The notes beneath the pieces were generated by a model. It was not told the origin of the DNA. It saw only the letters and a program-made list of their open reading frames with translations, and ran no database searches. This document shows, piece after piece, positions 19,394 through 27,550 of a stretch of DNA of 64,000 bases; within the stretch, counting starts at the first letter, position 1; the number at the start of each line of letters is the position of its first letter. Made by a program: the position numbers and the translations under genes. Source of the DNA: a plasmid. Location: the sequence record NZ_CP010801.1. One strand, written 5' to 3'.

Positions 19394-20161
19394 GTGGCAG
19401 CCAAGCCTAACCCGACCCCACCTGGAGCGGCACCCGGTACGCGCTATGGCCGCTATACCGTGCTTGCCGTGTCGTCCATTGGGCGAAAGGCGAGGGTTCT
19501 GTGCCGCTGCGACTGCGGTACGGAAAAGGACGTACGCCTGGATGGCCTGAAGGCGGGAACTGTCATGTCGTGCGGCTGTTTGAATGCGGAGCGTCGCAAG
19601 GACGAAAAGCCCTCTCGCCAAAGCGTGTTCGCAGATGTGATGCACAAGCGGTTTGGACGGTTGGTGGCCACCGACATTCAGAGGGGCTCCGCCAAGAACA
19701 CGCAGATCGTCTGCCGCTGCGACTGTGGCGGGCAAATTGTGACGACGCCATCCCGCCTGCGTCATGGCGACACGACCAGCTGTGGCTGTTATCACGAAGA
19801 GCGCCTTGTTCAGCAGGGTGCGCAAACGCGGGACCACGGCCATGCTGTTGATGGCGAACTGGCATCGGGGCACACCTCGATCTATCGCGCCTGGCTCAAG
19901 GTCCGCGCCTTGTGCCGGGATGTTCAGCGGCGCGGCGCGGGCAAGGTCAATGGCGAATACGATCCGCGATGGGATGCGTTTGACGAGTTTCTGGCGGACT
20001 TCGGCGAGATCGGTTTCAGCGAAACGGTCTGCCGCAAGGATCAAAGCCTGCCGTGGTCGAGGTCGAATTGCTATATCGCGCTGGGGCCGGCTGATCGCCG
20101 CCGAAAGACCCGCGAGGAAAACGCACAGGCCGCGCAGAACAAGCTGGGGCATCAATCATGA
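19394..20161 (+). CDS. Tandem zinc-ribbon repeat protein (GRxxVLxxxxCRCDCG...SCGC, two copies), phage-associated fold
   Basis: Two copies of the motif RCDCG-x20-30-SCGC, each preceded by FGR(Y/L). Confidence 0.4.
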   Translation: MAAKPNPTPPGAAPGTRYGRYTVLAVSSIGRKARVLCRCDCGTEKDVRLDGLKAGTVMSCGCLNAERRKDEKPSRQSVFADVMHKRFGRLVATDIQRGSAKNTQIVCRCDCGGQIVTTPSRLRHGDTTSCGCYHEERLVQQGAQTRDHGHAVDGELASGHTSIYRAWLKVRALCRDVQRRGAGKVNGEYDPRWDAFDEFLADFGEIGFSETVCRKDQSLPWSRSNCYIALGPADRRRKTREENAQAAQNKLGHQS

Positions 20162-20736
20162 GCGCAGAACTGTTGGCCGTTGTCGAAGTCGATAAAGACG
20201 ATCGAGTGGTGTGCCAAGCGCCAGGCTGCGGCCGGGGTGTCTACAAGCGGATCCACGTTGTGCGCCACAACGGCACGCTTGGCGTCTACGGCGAGGATTG
20301 TTTCGATCGTCTCTTCGTCGGCCTTTCTCGTGAGGCCGAGCCGCGCTATGGGGGTGGACCCGGGCGCTTGCTGAGCGCAGAAGAGCGCCAGCTGCTGATC
20401 GAAAACACCGAGCGTCTGATCACCCAGTTCGAGCTTGAGCGTCAGCAGGCGATTGAGCGAGCGCGCCAGCAAGAGCAAGAACAAGAGCGCCTGCGGGAGC
20501 AGGAGCGCTTGCGAAGAGAGCAGGCCGAGAGAGAGCGGCTTGCTCGGTCCAGGGCAGCCTTCCAACATCGATCAGCACCTGCCAGAGTCGCAGCACCGGG
20601 GCCAACTCCAGAAGAGCTCAAATCCGTCGAGGCCGAGGCCAAGCGCCTGGTGCGTGAGCGTTACGGTGTGGACCCAGACCAGGCCGGCTGGAGAGGTCTT
20701 GTGATGGCGGCCCAGCGTGAACTGCTTGGGCGTTGA
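20158..20736 (+). CDS. Zn-finger plus charged coiled-coil (ER/EQ-repeat) protein
   Basis: N-terminal C-x4-C...C. Long RE/QE-repeat helix. Confidence 0.3.
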   Translation: MSAELLAVVEVDKDDRVVCQAPGCGRGVYKRIHVVRHNGTLGVYGEDCFDRLFVGLSREAEPRYGGGPGRLLSAEERQLLIENTERLITQFELERQQAIERARQQEQEQERLREQERLRREQAERERLARSRAAFQHRSAPARVAAPGPTPEELKSVEAEAKRLVRERYGVDPDQAGWRGLVMAAQRELLGR

Positions 20737-20855
20737 AGCGCTTGCCGTTGCTGGCACCAGCCGATTTCCGCGACCTTGCCGGCCCTTGACCTATCTGGAA
20801 TGCGCGGGCGGTTGCCGCGGCTGCAAGGGCGGGCATTTTATTCGTCCGCGCTGAA

Positions 20856-20889
20856 CAACTACTCCTGAACCCCGGCGCTGTGCCGGATC
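20856..20889 (+). promoter_or_regulatory. CAACnA-CTGAA-CCGGC-N6-GCCGG upstream module (copy 1 of 14)
   Basis: CAACTACTCCTGAACCCCGGCGCTGTGCCGGATC then AGGAG then ATG 20904. Confidence 0.5.
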
Positions 20890-20903
20890 TTCAGGAGTTG
20901 AGC

Positions 20904-21569
20904 ATGGCAAGCGTTCCATTGCCCCCCTATCGGGCATGCCGGGTTACAGGCGATTGGTTGGACGGCAGCCCCAGCATTCCGGCATTCACAAATGGCCGGC
21001 TCTGGAATGGATTTCAGCAGCCGCTGTTTTCCAGGCCATCTGTCTTGCAGCTGGCCCTGCTGATGCCAGGCCAGGTGGAATTCGACGCGTCGGGCACGGC
21101 CGTCATCGTCATCGCCGACGATGGCGAGCCATTCCTCGTCAATGGCCAGCAAATCGAAGTCAATGGCAGGCGCATCGAAGTGTTTGCCGTTGGCTCTGGA
21201 TGGTGGTGCTGGGAAGAAGCAGACACCGGAATCGGTCCGGCCACCGATGCCCCGCTGGACAAGCGCTTCGATGACGTGCTTTTCGGCACAACACAGGAAG
21301 AGTTCGACGCGCTGGAAGTGCATGGCGTGCGTAACGTACGCACCCCAGCCGGCGAGAACGTGGGGATCCGCGAAGTCGACGATGTGAATCCCGAACTTTT
21401 CTCGGTCTACGTGCACTTCCGCGCGGGCGGGGTTGAATGTGTAGGTGATCACGGCACACTACATCTGGCACTGAAGTACGCCCGAGAGCTCGCCAATCGA
21501 TTCGGATGCCCAATCCACAACTTCGCGCCGATGCCCGTACCACCACGCGCACCGAGTACAGCTGTCTGA
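20904..21569 (+). CDS. Hypothetical protein
   Basis: ORF with AGGAG RBS behind the repeated module. Terminator follows at about 21585-21612. Confidence 0.4.
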   Translation: MASVPLPPYRACRVTGDWLDGSPSIPAFTNGRLWNGFQQPLFSRPSVLQLALLMPGQVEFDASGTAVIVIADDGEPFLVNGQQIEVNGRRIEVFAVGSGWWCWEEADTGIGPATDAPLDKRFDDVLFGTTQEEFDALEVHGVRNVRTPAGENVGIREVDDVNPELFSVYVHFRAGGVECVGDHGTLHLALKYARELANRFGCPIHNFAPMPVPPRAPSTAV

Positions 21570-21689
21570 GTCAAAGCCCGCCTGTCCAATGGACCAGGCG
21601 GGCTTTTTTTCACACTTAGAGGCTGAAGAAACAGAGTGTGGTACAACAAACACCAAAGCAACTCAGGGGGGTGAAATGAAGAAAAATGG

Positions 21690-22079
21690 GTGGCTGCACT
21701 CGCTACGGCGTCACTTCTGATCCCTGGTATATCGTCAGCGAGTGATTGGTATGCTTATTCGAGTGACAGTGATGCAAGGCACTTGATCGACATTTCCAGT
21801 CTTGTCGTTAAGCCCGACGGCACTCGCTTGGCGTGGGTGGCGCATATCTTCAATAAGCCTCAAGAAGCACCTAATCACAAGCGCTACGCCAAGCTTTCCA
21901 CGAGAGTGCTCGTCGATTGCGGACAAAGGAAATTGGCTTTGCTTTCTACCTATTTCTACGACGGCAAAGGTACTCTTGTTCAAGGCACATCATTCGATTT
22001 CATAAAACTGGTAGACGTACCTCCCGACTCAAATGGAGAAACATTAATGCGCGCAGTCTGCGCGGCGTCTCCACGGTAA
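21690..22079 (+). CDS. Small secreted protein in AT-rich islet
   Basis: GTG start. Signal-like N-terminus AALATASLLIPGISSA. Lower GC. Terminator at about 22098-22138. Confidence 0.3.
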   Translation: MAALATASLLIPGISSASDWYAYSSDSDARHLIDISSLVVKPDGTRLAWVAHIFNKPQEAPNHKRYAKLSTRVLVDCGQRKLALLSTYFYDGKGTLVQGTSFDFIKLVDVPPDSNGETLMRAVCAASPR

Positions 22080-22294
22080 GCGCGTAGCCTTAGCCTGAGT
22101 AAAACCCGCCTGTCGTAGGACACGGCGGGTTTTTTTGCCTCTGACGTGATTAAGAGCGAGCCGTTTTGATCTGCGGACGTTGCGAGAATATTTTAATGCA
22201 TGTATTGTCATGTCACGCAACATGCTGATTTATTGGGATCGGTTTCGCCTGACCCCAAACTACTTACAGATCCACTCACGCTTTAAGGCAACCC

Positions 22295-22591
22295 ATGTCC
22301 ACGTACGCAGAGTTAATGCAGCAGATCAACGATCTCAAGGTGCAAGCCGAGCAACTTCGAATTCGCGAGCGCGACCAGTTCATTGCTGAAGTGCGCGAGA
22401 GAATCCACGCGTACGAGATCACCCCCGCAGACTTGTTCGGAAAACCCAAGGGCGTCAAGGTAGTCGGGACGGTCGCGGTCAAATACCGGGACACCAACGG
22501 GAACGTCTGGTCCGGCCGCGGAAGGCAACCGTTCTGGCTGGTCAAGGCGCTGGCGGGGGGGAAGAAGCGCGAGGACTTTCTAGTTTCCTGA
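22295..22591 (+). CDS. H-NS-family nucleoid-associated protein (xenogeneic silencer)
   Basis: N-terminal coiled-coil. C-terminal H-NS DNA-binding motif WSGRGRQPFW. Confidence 0.8.
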   Translation: MSTYAELMQQINDLKVQAEQLRIRERDQFIAEVRERIHAYEITPADLFGKPKGVKVVGTVAVKYRDTNGNVWSGRGRQPFWLVKALAGGKKREDFLVS

Positions 22592-22599
22592 GCCCTTAC

Positions 22600-23630
22600 A
22601 TCTTCACGCTATCCAATGGCATCGCGTAAAAACGCTACGCCATACTTTACAAAGTCACGCAACGCTCTATAATAAGCCACATCGAGTTTGACTGGGCCGA
22701 GCGCGTGAGCGTCGAGGAAATGGCCCAAAGCTGATGCGGGTAAACGTCGCGCAAGACCGCATCTAACCCCCGGACATGGACGCCTGGCGGGACAGCGAAA
22801 CAGTCCAGGTCGGGTCTCGGATCCGACGCTGCCGAGCCTGGGGAAAGGCCCTCCGCGGACGCGGATCAAGGGCGGCACAACCAGGTGCACATCTGGCGCC
22901 GGAGCGAGTAACCGGCCATCCCTTACGCGAGGAGTCGATCCGCCGGGCCTGTCGGACAGCCTGGCGGGGATCCCAGGGACCGACTTAACCGGGGCGCTTC
23001 GCTGGGCTGAAGAACCGGGGATTGGGCATAGCAAAACCCAGCATCCTCATGCATGGCGATTGCCGACTTGGGCTTGATGCCGTAGGGACTGGCCTGCAGA
23101 GCGGGAAAACAGTCGCCAGCCGTGAGGGAACGCGCGGGCTGACGCGCAAGGGTCGGGCGGCACGAAACCTTTCCGCGCGAGAGCCGCGACTAGCGGAAGC
23201 CAGACAGAGCTCAGCACTGGCCCCTCAACCTTCACGCATGGCGATTCGCTGAAAGTCGGCTACCCCAGTCCCGCCGACTACATGCCGGCCCGCGCAAGCC
23301 GGATGAGCTTGGGATCGAGTCGCCAGCCGTGAGGGAACGCGCAGTGGTGATGCGCTGTACCGGTAGACGGGCGACGCGCGTCTGAAAGCCGCAAGCGGGC
23401 CTCGCGTGAGCCGCGCAAGCCGGGATACACACCTCCGGCCCCTCACCCCAAACCGGCCGCACGATAGGGCGGACGCTGGAACCCGTCACCAGCGCAGCAA
23501 GACGGCAGTGAAAGCCTGCGCCGGAGACGTAACCGGCACCAATACCGATGGTGGCGCTCAGCATGTATAGACGCGCCATTTTTTTGGCCCCAAACAGCAT
23601 TAATACACGCATCCGGCACTTTTTATTGTT
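22600..23630. other. About 1 kb GC-rich non-coding region with tandemly duplicated motifs (candidate structured RNA / long leader)
   Basis: No credible ORF. CATGGCGATTGC occurs twice (about 23044 and 23229). CTTGGG...GTCGCCAGCCGTGAGGGAACGCGC occurs twice (about 23075-23135 and 23300-23340). Many local hairpins. Confidence 0.2.
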
Positions 23631-23636
23631 TCGACG

Positions 23637-24341
23637 ATGACCACCACCCCCAAATCCCTGCGCGCCCGTGTCGAAGAGGTCGTGCGCGAAGCTGGCGGAC
23701 AGTATTCGCCGGGCCTGCGCGTGGCGCTGCCTGCAAGCCAGGTGCTTGAAATCGCTGGAGCGCTCGAGCGCGGCGTGCCGTCGCCCGAGGACGCGGCGCG
23801 CACAAAAGCGGCGCGCAGGGAAATCAAGAGCGAGTTGCATTCCGAGTTGGCCGCGGGCCTGAATCTGATGCGGGCGGCGATCGCCAAGCGCATTGGCGAG
23901 GCTGACGGCGACATGCGCGCGGCCATCCTGGCTAACGCGATGCTCGACGCGACGGAATCCGCCGTGGAAGAAGCAGGGTACTTCGCGACCAACACGACGC
24001 TGCAGCGCGCCGCCGTGGACCGGTACATCGAGCGTGTCGCGATCGCGTTCGGAGCGCTGGAGCGGCTGCATGCCTTCGCCAAGGCCCAGCTGCCGGAACC
24101 CATCGATCCGGCCATCGCTCCCGCAGCCATGGCCGTGAAAGACCTGGATCTGTCCACACGCACGCATAACTGCTTGCGGCTGGAAGGCATCAAGACGCTG
24201 GCTGACCTGATGGGCTGCCGCGCCGATGAATTGCTGCGCATTCCGAACCTCGGGCGTAAGGGGCTGGCGGAAATCGAGCACGAACTGGCGGCACGCGGCT
24301 TCCAGCTGGCCACGAGCCGCAATCAAGCCGGAGCTCGTTGA
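23637..24341 (+). CDS. Protein with RNA-polymerase alpha-subunit C-terminal-domain (alphaCTD)-like HhH domain
   Basis: C-terminal LDLSTRTHNCLRLEGIKTLADLMGCRADELLRIPNLGRKGLAEIEHELAARGFQL matches the RpoA CTD fold signature. N-terminal part is novel. Confidence 0.5.
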   Translation: MTTTPKSLRARVEEVVREAGGQYSPGLRVALPASQVLEIAGALERGVPSPEDAARTKAARREIKSELHSELAAGLNLMRAAIAKRIGEADGDMRAAILANAMLDATESAVEEAGYFATNTTLQRAAVDRYIERVAIAFGALERLHAFAKAQLPEPIDPAIAPAAMAVKDLDLSTRTHNCLRLEGIKTLADLMGCRADELLRIPNLGRKGLAEIEHELAARGFQLATSRNQAGAR

Positions 24342-25255
24342 TGATCGCAATCGACCTGTTCGCCGGCGCTGGCGGATTCTCGGAGGGGGCCAAGCTGGCC
24401 GGGGTGCACGTCGCTTGGGCAGCCAACCATTGGCCACTCGCCGTGCAATTTCACGCAGCCAACCATCCCGGCACGTCGCACAAATGCCAGGACCTGCAGC
24501 AGGCCGACTGGCGGGATGTTCCGCGCCACGACATACAGCTGGCGTCTCCGGCGTGCCAAGGTCACAGTCCGGCACGCGGCAAGGAACGGCCGCACCACGA
24601 TGCGCTACGCAGCACGGCATGGGCCGTGGTCAGCTGCGCTGAATACCATCGCAGCCCGATCGTCCTGGTAGAGAACGTCCCGGGCTTCAGGGACTGGACT
24701 CTATACCCGGCTTGGGAACACGCGATGCGCAGTCTGGGCTACAGCGTGTCCCCGCATCTGGTGGATGCCGCCGATCATGGCGTGCCGCAGCACCGCGAGC
24801 GGCTGTTCCTGGTCTGCACCCAGAGCAAGGCTCCGCTGCAGCTGCGCCTGCCGCGCCGCGAGCACGTCTCCATTGGCAGCGTGATCGATTGGGACGCTCA
24901 CACATGGACGCCCATCGACAAGCCCGGCCGCAGTCCGAAAACCTTGCAGCGCACCGAGGCCGGCCGCGCTGAATTCGGCTCGCGCTTCGTCGCACCCTAC
25001 TACAGCAGCGGCAGTGGTTTGAAAGGCCGCAGCATCCACCGACCCATCGGGACCATCACCACACGCGACCGCTGGGCGGTGATCGACGGTGATCGCATGC
25101 GGATGTTGCAGGTCCCCGAGATCAAGGCGGCAATGGGCTTTTCGCCCGACTACACGCTGCCGGCAACCAAGAAGGAAGCCATGCACATGCTGGGCAATGC
25201 CGTGTGCCCGCAAGTTGCCGCCGATCTGCTGAACGCGCTGCGCAACGCCGCGTAG
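24338..25255 (+). CDS. DNA (cytosine-5)-methyltransferase
   Basis: Motif I DLFAGAGGF, motif IV PCQGHS, motif VI LVENV, motif X LGNAV. Confidence 0.85.
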   Translation: MMIAIDLFAGAGGFSEGAKLAGVHVAWAANHWPLAVQFHAANHPGTSHKCQDLQQADWRDVPRHDIQLASPACQGHSPARGKERPHHDALRSTAWAVVSCAEYHRSPIVLVENVPGFRDWTLYPAWEHAMRSLGYSVSPHLVDAADHGVPQHRERLFLVCTQSKAPLQLRLPRREHVSIGSVIDWDAHTWTPIDKPGRSPKTLQRTEAGRAEFGSRFVAPYYSSGSGLKGRSIHRPIGTITTRDRWAVIDGDRMRMLQVPEIKAAMGFSPDYTLPATKKEAMHMLGNAVCPQVAADLLNALRNAA

Positions 25256-25268
25256 ACAAGGGCGTCCC

Positions 25269-25817
25269 ATGACGAACACTACCGAGAGCACACACACCAT
25301 GCCGCGCATCTACCTCGCTGGTCCTGATCTGTTCTTCCCGGATGCCGAAGCGCGCTACGACGCGCTGAAGGATCTGTGCGCACGCTATGGACTCGAAGGC
25401 GTCGCGCCGACGGATGGCCAGACCTTCCCCATCGAGCCAACTGCGGCCTGTGCGCGCCGCATTCGCGAGCACGACCTTTCGCAGCTGCGCAGCGCGGACG
25501 CCGTGCTCGCCAACATTACGCCGTTTAACGGTCTGGAGCCGGACTCGGGCACGGCCTACGAAATTGGCTTTGCTGCCGCGCTCGGGATGCCTGTCGTCGC
25601 GTACTGCCTCGATGGCCTGGACACTCGAACCCGAACGCTGCGCGCGGGGCGGCTGCTCAATGTGCATGGTCGTGATGATGAGGGCCTGCTCGTCGAGAAC
25701 TTCGGGCTACACGCCAATCTGATGCTGTGCGCAGAACATCCAACGTTTTCTTCGGCGGATGAGGCAGTTCGCGCTCTCGCCGAGATCCTATTTGGCGCTG
25801 CGCAAGCCGCTGCCTGA
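25269..25817 (+). CDS. Nucleoside 2-deoxyribosyltransferase-like protein
   Basis: IYLAGPDLF N-terminal motif and DSGTAYEIGFAAALGMPVVAY nucleophile region. Possible start at 25299. Confidence 0.55.
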   Translation: MTNTTESTHTMPRIYLAGPDLFFPDAEARYDALKDLCARYGLEGVAPTDGQTFPIEPTAACARRIREHDLSQLRSADAVLANITPFNGLEPDSGTAYEIGFAAALGMPVVAYCLDGLDTRTRTLRAGRLLNVHGRDDEGLLVENFGLHANLMLCAEHPTFSSADEAVRALAEILFGAAQAAA

Positions 25818-25923
25818 AGCCATTACCGCTCAATGGGCGCCTGGCGCAGCAGCCGTTTTGCAGGCGGCAAGCTGTGAAGCAGGGGGAGCCAGGCGCCCAC
25901 CCTTCAATGCTCGTAGATAGCCG

Positions 25924-26106
25924 ATGGATACAACTCTCGAAGAAGCACAAGCCGCTGCCGCCAGATTTGCGGACGAAAGCTGCTTACCCCAAACCGTCTA
26001 CCTCTTGAAGGACTCCGGCGGCTGGTGGCACACCAATCCGCTGGCCAGCTTGCTGGTGTCGGCCGAAGTCTTCGTGACCGTGCTGCCACTGCGCTACTTC
26101 GCGTGA
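25924..26106 (+). CDS. Small hypothetical protein
   Basis: 60-aa ORF only. Confidence 0.2.
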   Translation: MDTTLEEAQAAAARFADESCLPQTVYLLKDSGGWWHTNPLASLLVSAEVFVTVLPLRYFA

Positions 26107-26154
26107 GATCTGAAATGGGAGTCCAACTTCGCTTGAGATGACAGGGGACGCTTC

Positions 26155-27201
26155 ATGGCGGAAAACACAAACATTGCATGGTGCGATCACACCTTCAATC
26201 CGTGGGAAGGTTGTCAGAAGGTTGGCCCCGGCTGCGACCACTGCTACGCGGAGACGCGAAATGCTCGATTCAGTGGCGGTACGTCCGTCAATTGGGGGCC
26301 TGGCGCGCCGCGTCGGCGCACTTCGGCTGCCAACTGGAGAAAGCCGATAGCCTGGAACAGGAATGCTGGCGAGTTTTACGCCCAACACGGGCGAAGGCAG
26401 CGCGTCTTCTGCGCGAGCCTCGCCGACGTGTTCGACAACGCAGTCGATCCGACGTGGCGCGAGGATCTATTCGCTCTGATCCGCGCAACCCCAAATCTTG
26501 ACTGGCTGCTGCTCACAAAACGCATCGGCAATGTACCCAGCATGGTTTCGCTTATTCCGGGCTGGCTGCCAGAAAACGTCTGGCTCGGCGCCACGATCGT
26601 CAACCAGGCCGAGGCCGATCGCGACATCCAGAAGTTACTCGAGACGCCCGCGCGCGTGCACTTCCTGTCGATCGAGCCGATGCTTGGGCCGATCAACCTG
26701 GAGAGCGTGGCGTGGCCGTCGATAGCCGAGCATCGCGTCGATGCGCTACGAGGAGGCTACTGGAACAAGGCGGGCGTGCTGGCCTGTGGGCCGGCCGCGG
26801 GTCTTGGCGAACCTCGCGGCGGATTCACGAACCACAGCGATATGCCGGGGCGCATCGACTGGGTGATCGTCGGCGGAGAGAGCGGTCCTGGCGCGCGGCC
26901 AATGCACCCGGACTGGGCTCGAGATCTGCGTGACCAGTGCGTGTCGGCCGGCGTGCCCTTTCTCTTCAAGCAATGGGGGGAGTTTGTGCCGGGCTCTGGC
27001 GACTTCGGTGCTGGGCAATACGTCACAGCGGCTGTTGCACGCGACGGTCGCATTGTCCCAGGTGGATTTGACGCGGCCGCCTATCCGCGCGGCGCAACTT
27101 CCGCAGACGGCTGGGCAATGGTCCATCGGGTTGGGAAGAAGGCGGCCGACCGCCTGCTCGACGGCGCCCAGCACGACCAATTTCCGCATGTGCGCTCGTG
27201 A
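26155..27201 (+). CDS. Phage Gp37/Gp68-family protein
   Basis: N-terminus IAWCDHTFNPWEGCQKVGPGCDHCYAE matches the family-defining motif. Confidence 0.6.
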   Translation: MAENTNIAWCDHTFNPWEGCQKVGPGCDHCYAETRNARFSGGTSVNWGPGAPRRRTSAANWRKPIAWNRNAGEFYAQHGRRQRVFCASLADVFDNAVDPTWREDLFALIRATPNLDWLLLTKRIGNVPSMVSLIPGWLPENVWLGATIVNQAEADRDIQKLLETPARVHFLSIEPMLGPINLESVAWPSIAEHRVDALRGGYWNKAGVLACGPAAGLGEPRGGFTNHSDMPGRIDWVIVGGESGPGARPMHPDWARDLRDQCVSAGVPFLFKQWGEFVPGSGDFGAGQYVTAAVARDGRIVPGGFDAAAYPRGATSADGWAMVHRVGKKAADRLLDGAQHDQFPHVRS

Positions 27202-27210
27202 GGAATAGCC

Positions 27211-27510
27211 ATGCCTTGCTACATCGAACGAACGAAGGACGGCGGCGTGATGTTCCTGTGCGGCGACCTTGGGCCGCATTGCGCAGCCGATAAATGCTGC
27301 GCGCTGGGCGTCAATTTGTGCGATTTCCCCGTAGGCGAGGGCAAGACCTGCGACTTGCCACTGTGCAACAGCCACGGCTACGAGGTTGCGCCGAACGTGC
27401 ACTACTGCCCCGGCCATCTCATTCTGTGGAACGCATACCGAGAATCTGGCGCGGTTGAGCGCGAGCTTTCCAACGTGGTTCCGCTTGGGCGGACGCCGAA
27501 GCCGGAATGA
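27211..27510 (+). CDS. Small Cys-rich protein
   Basis: Ten Cys in 99 aa. RBS GAGGAATAGCC then ATG. Tightly linked. Confidence 0.3.
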   Translation: MPCYIERTKDGGVMFLCGDLGPHCAADKCCALGVNLCDFPVGEGKTCDLPLCNSHGYEVAPNVHYCPGHLILWNAYRESGAVERELSNVVPLGRTPKPE

Positions 27511-27550
27511 GCAAGTAATCCGTCTGCCAACACCATCATCCAACGCACGC

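Noticed and set aside
22600-23630. Group II intron or retron
   Set aside because: No reverse transcriptase or maturase ORF is present. Domain V-like hairpins are not convincing and there are no msr/msd inverted repeats with an RT downstream.
23232-24620. 462-aa minus-strand ORF
   Set aside because: It spans the alphaCTD-like and Dcm genes antisense. The plus-strand genes have diagnostic motifs and the minus ORF has none.
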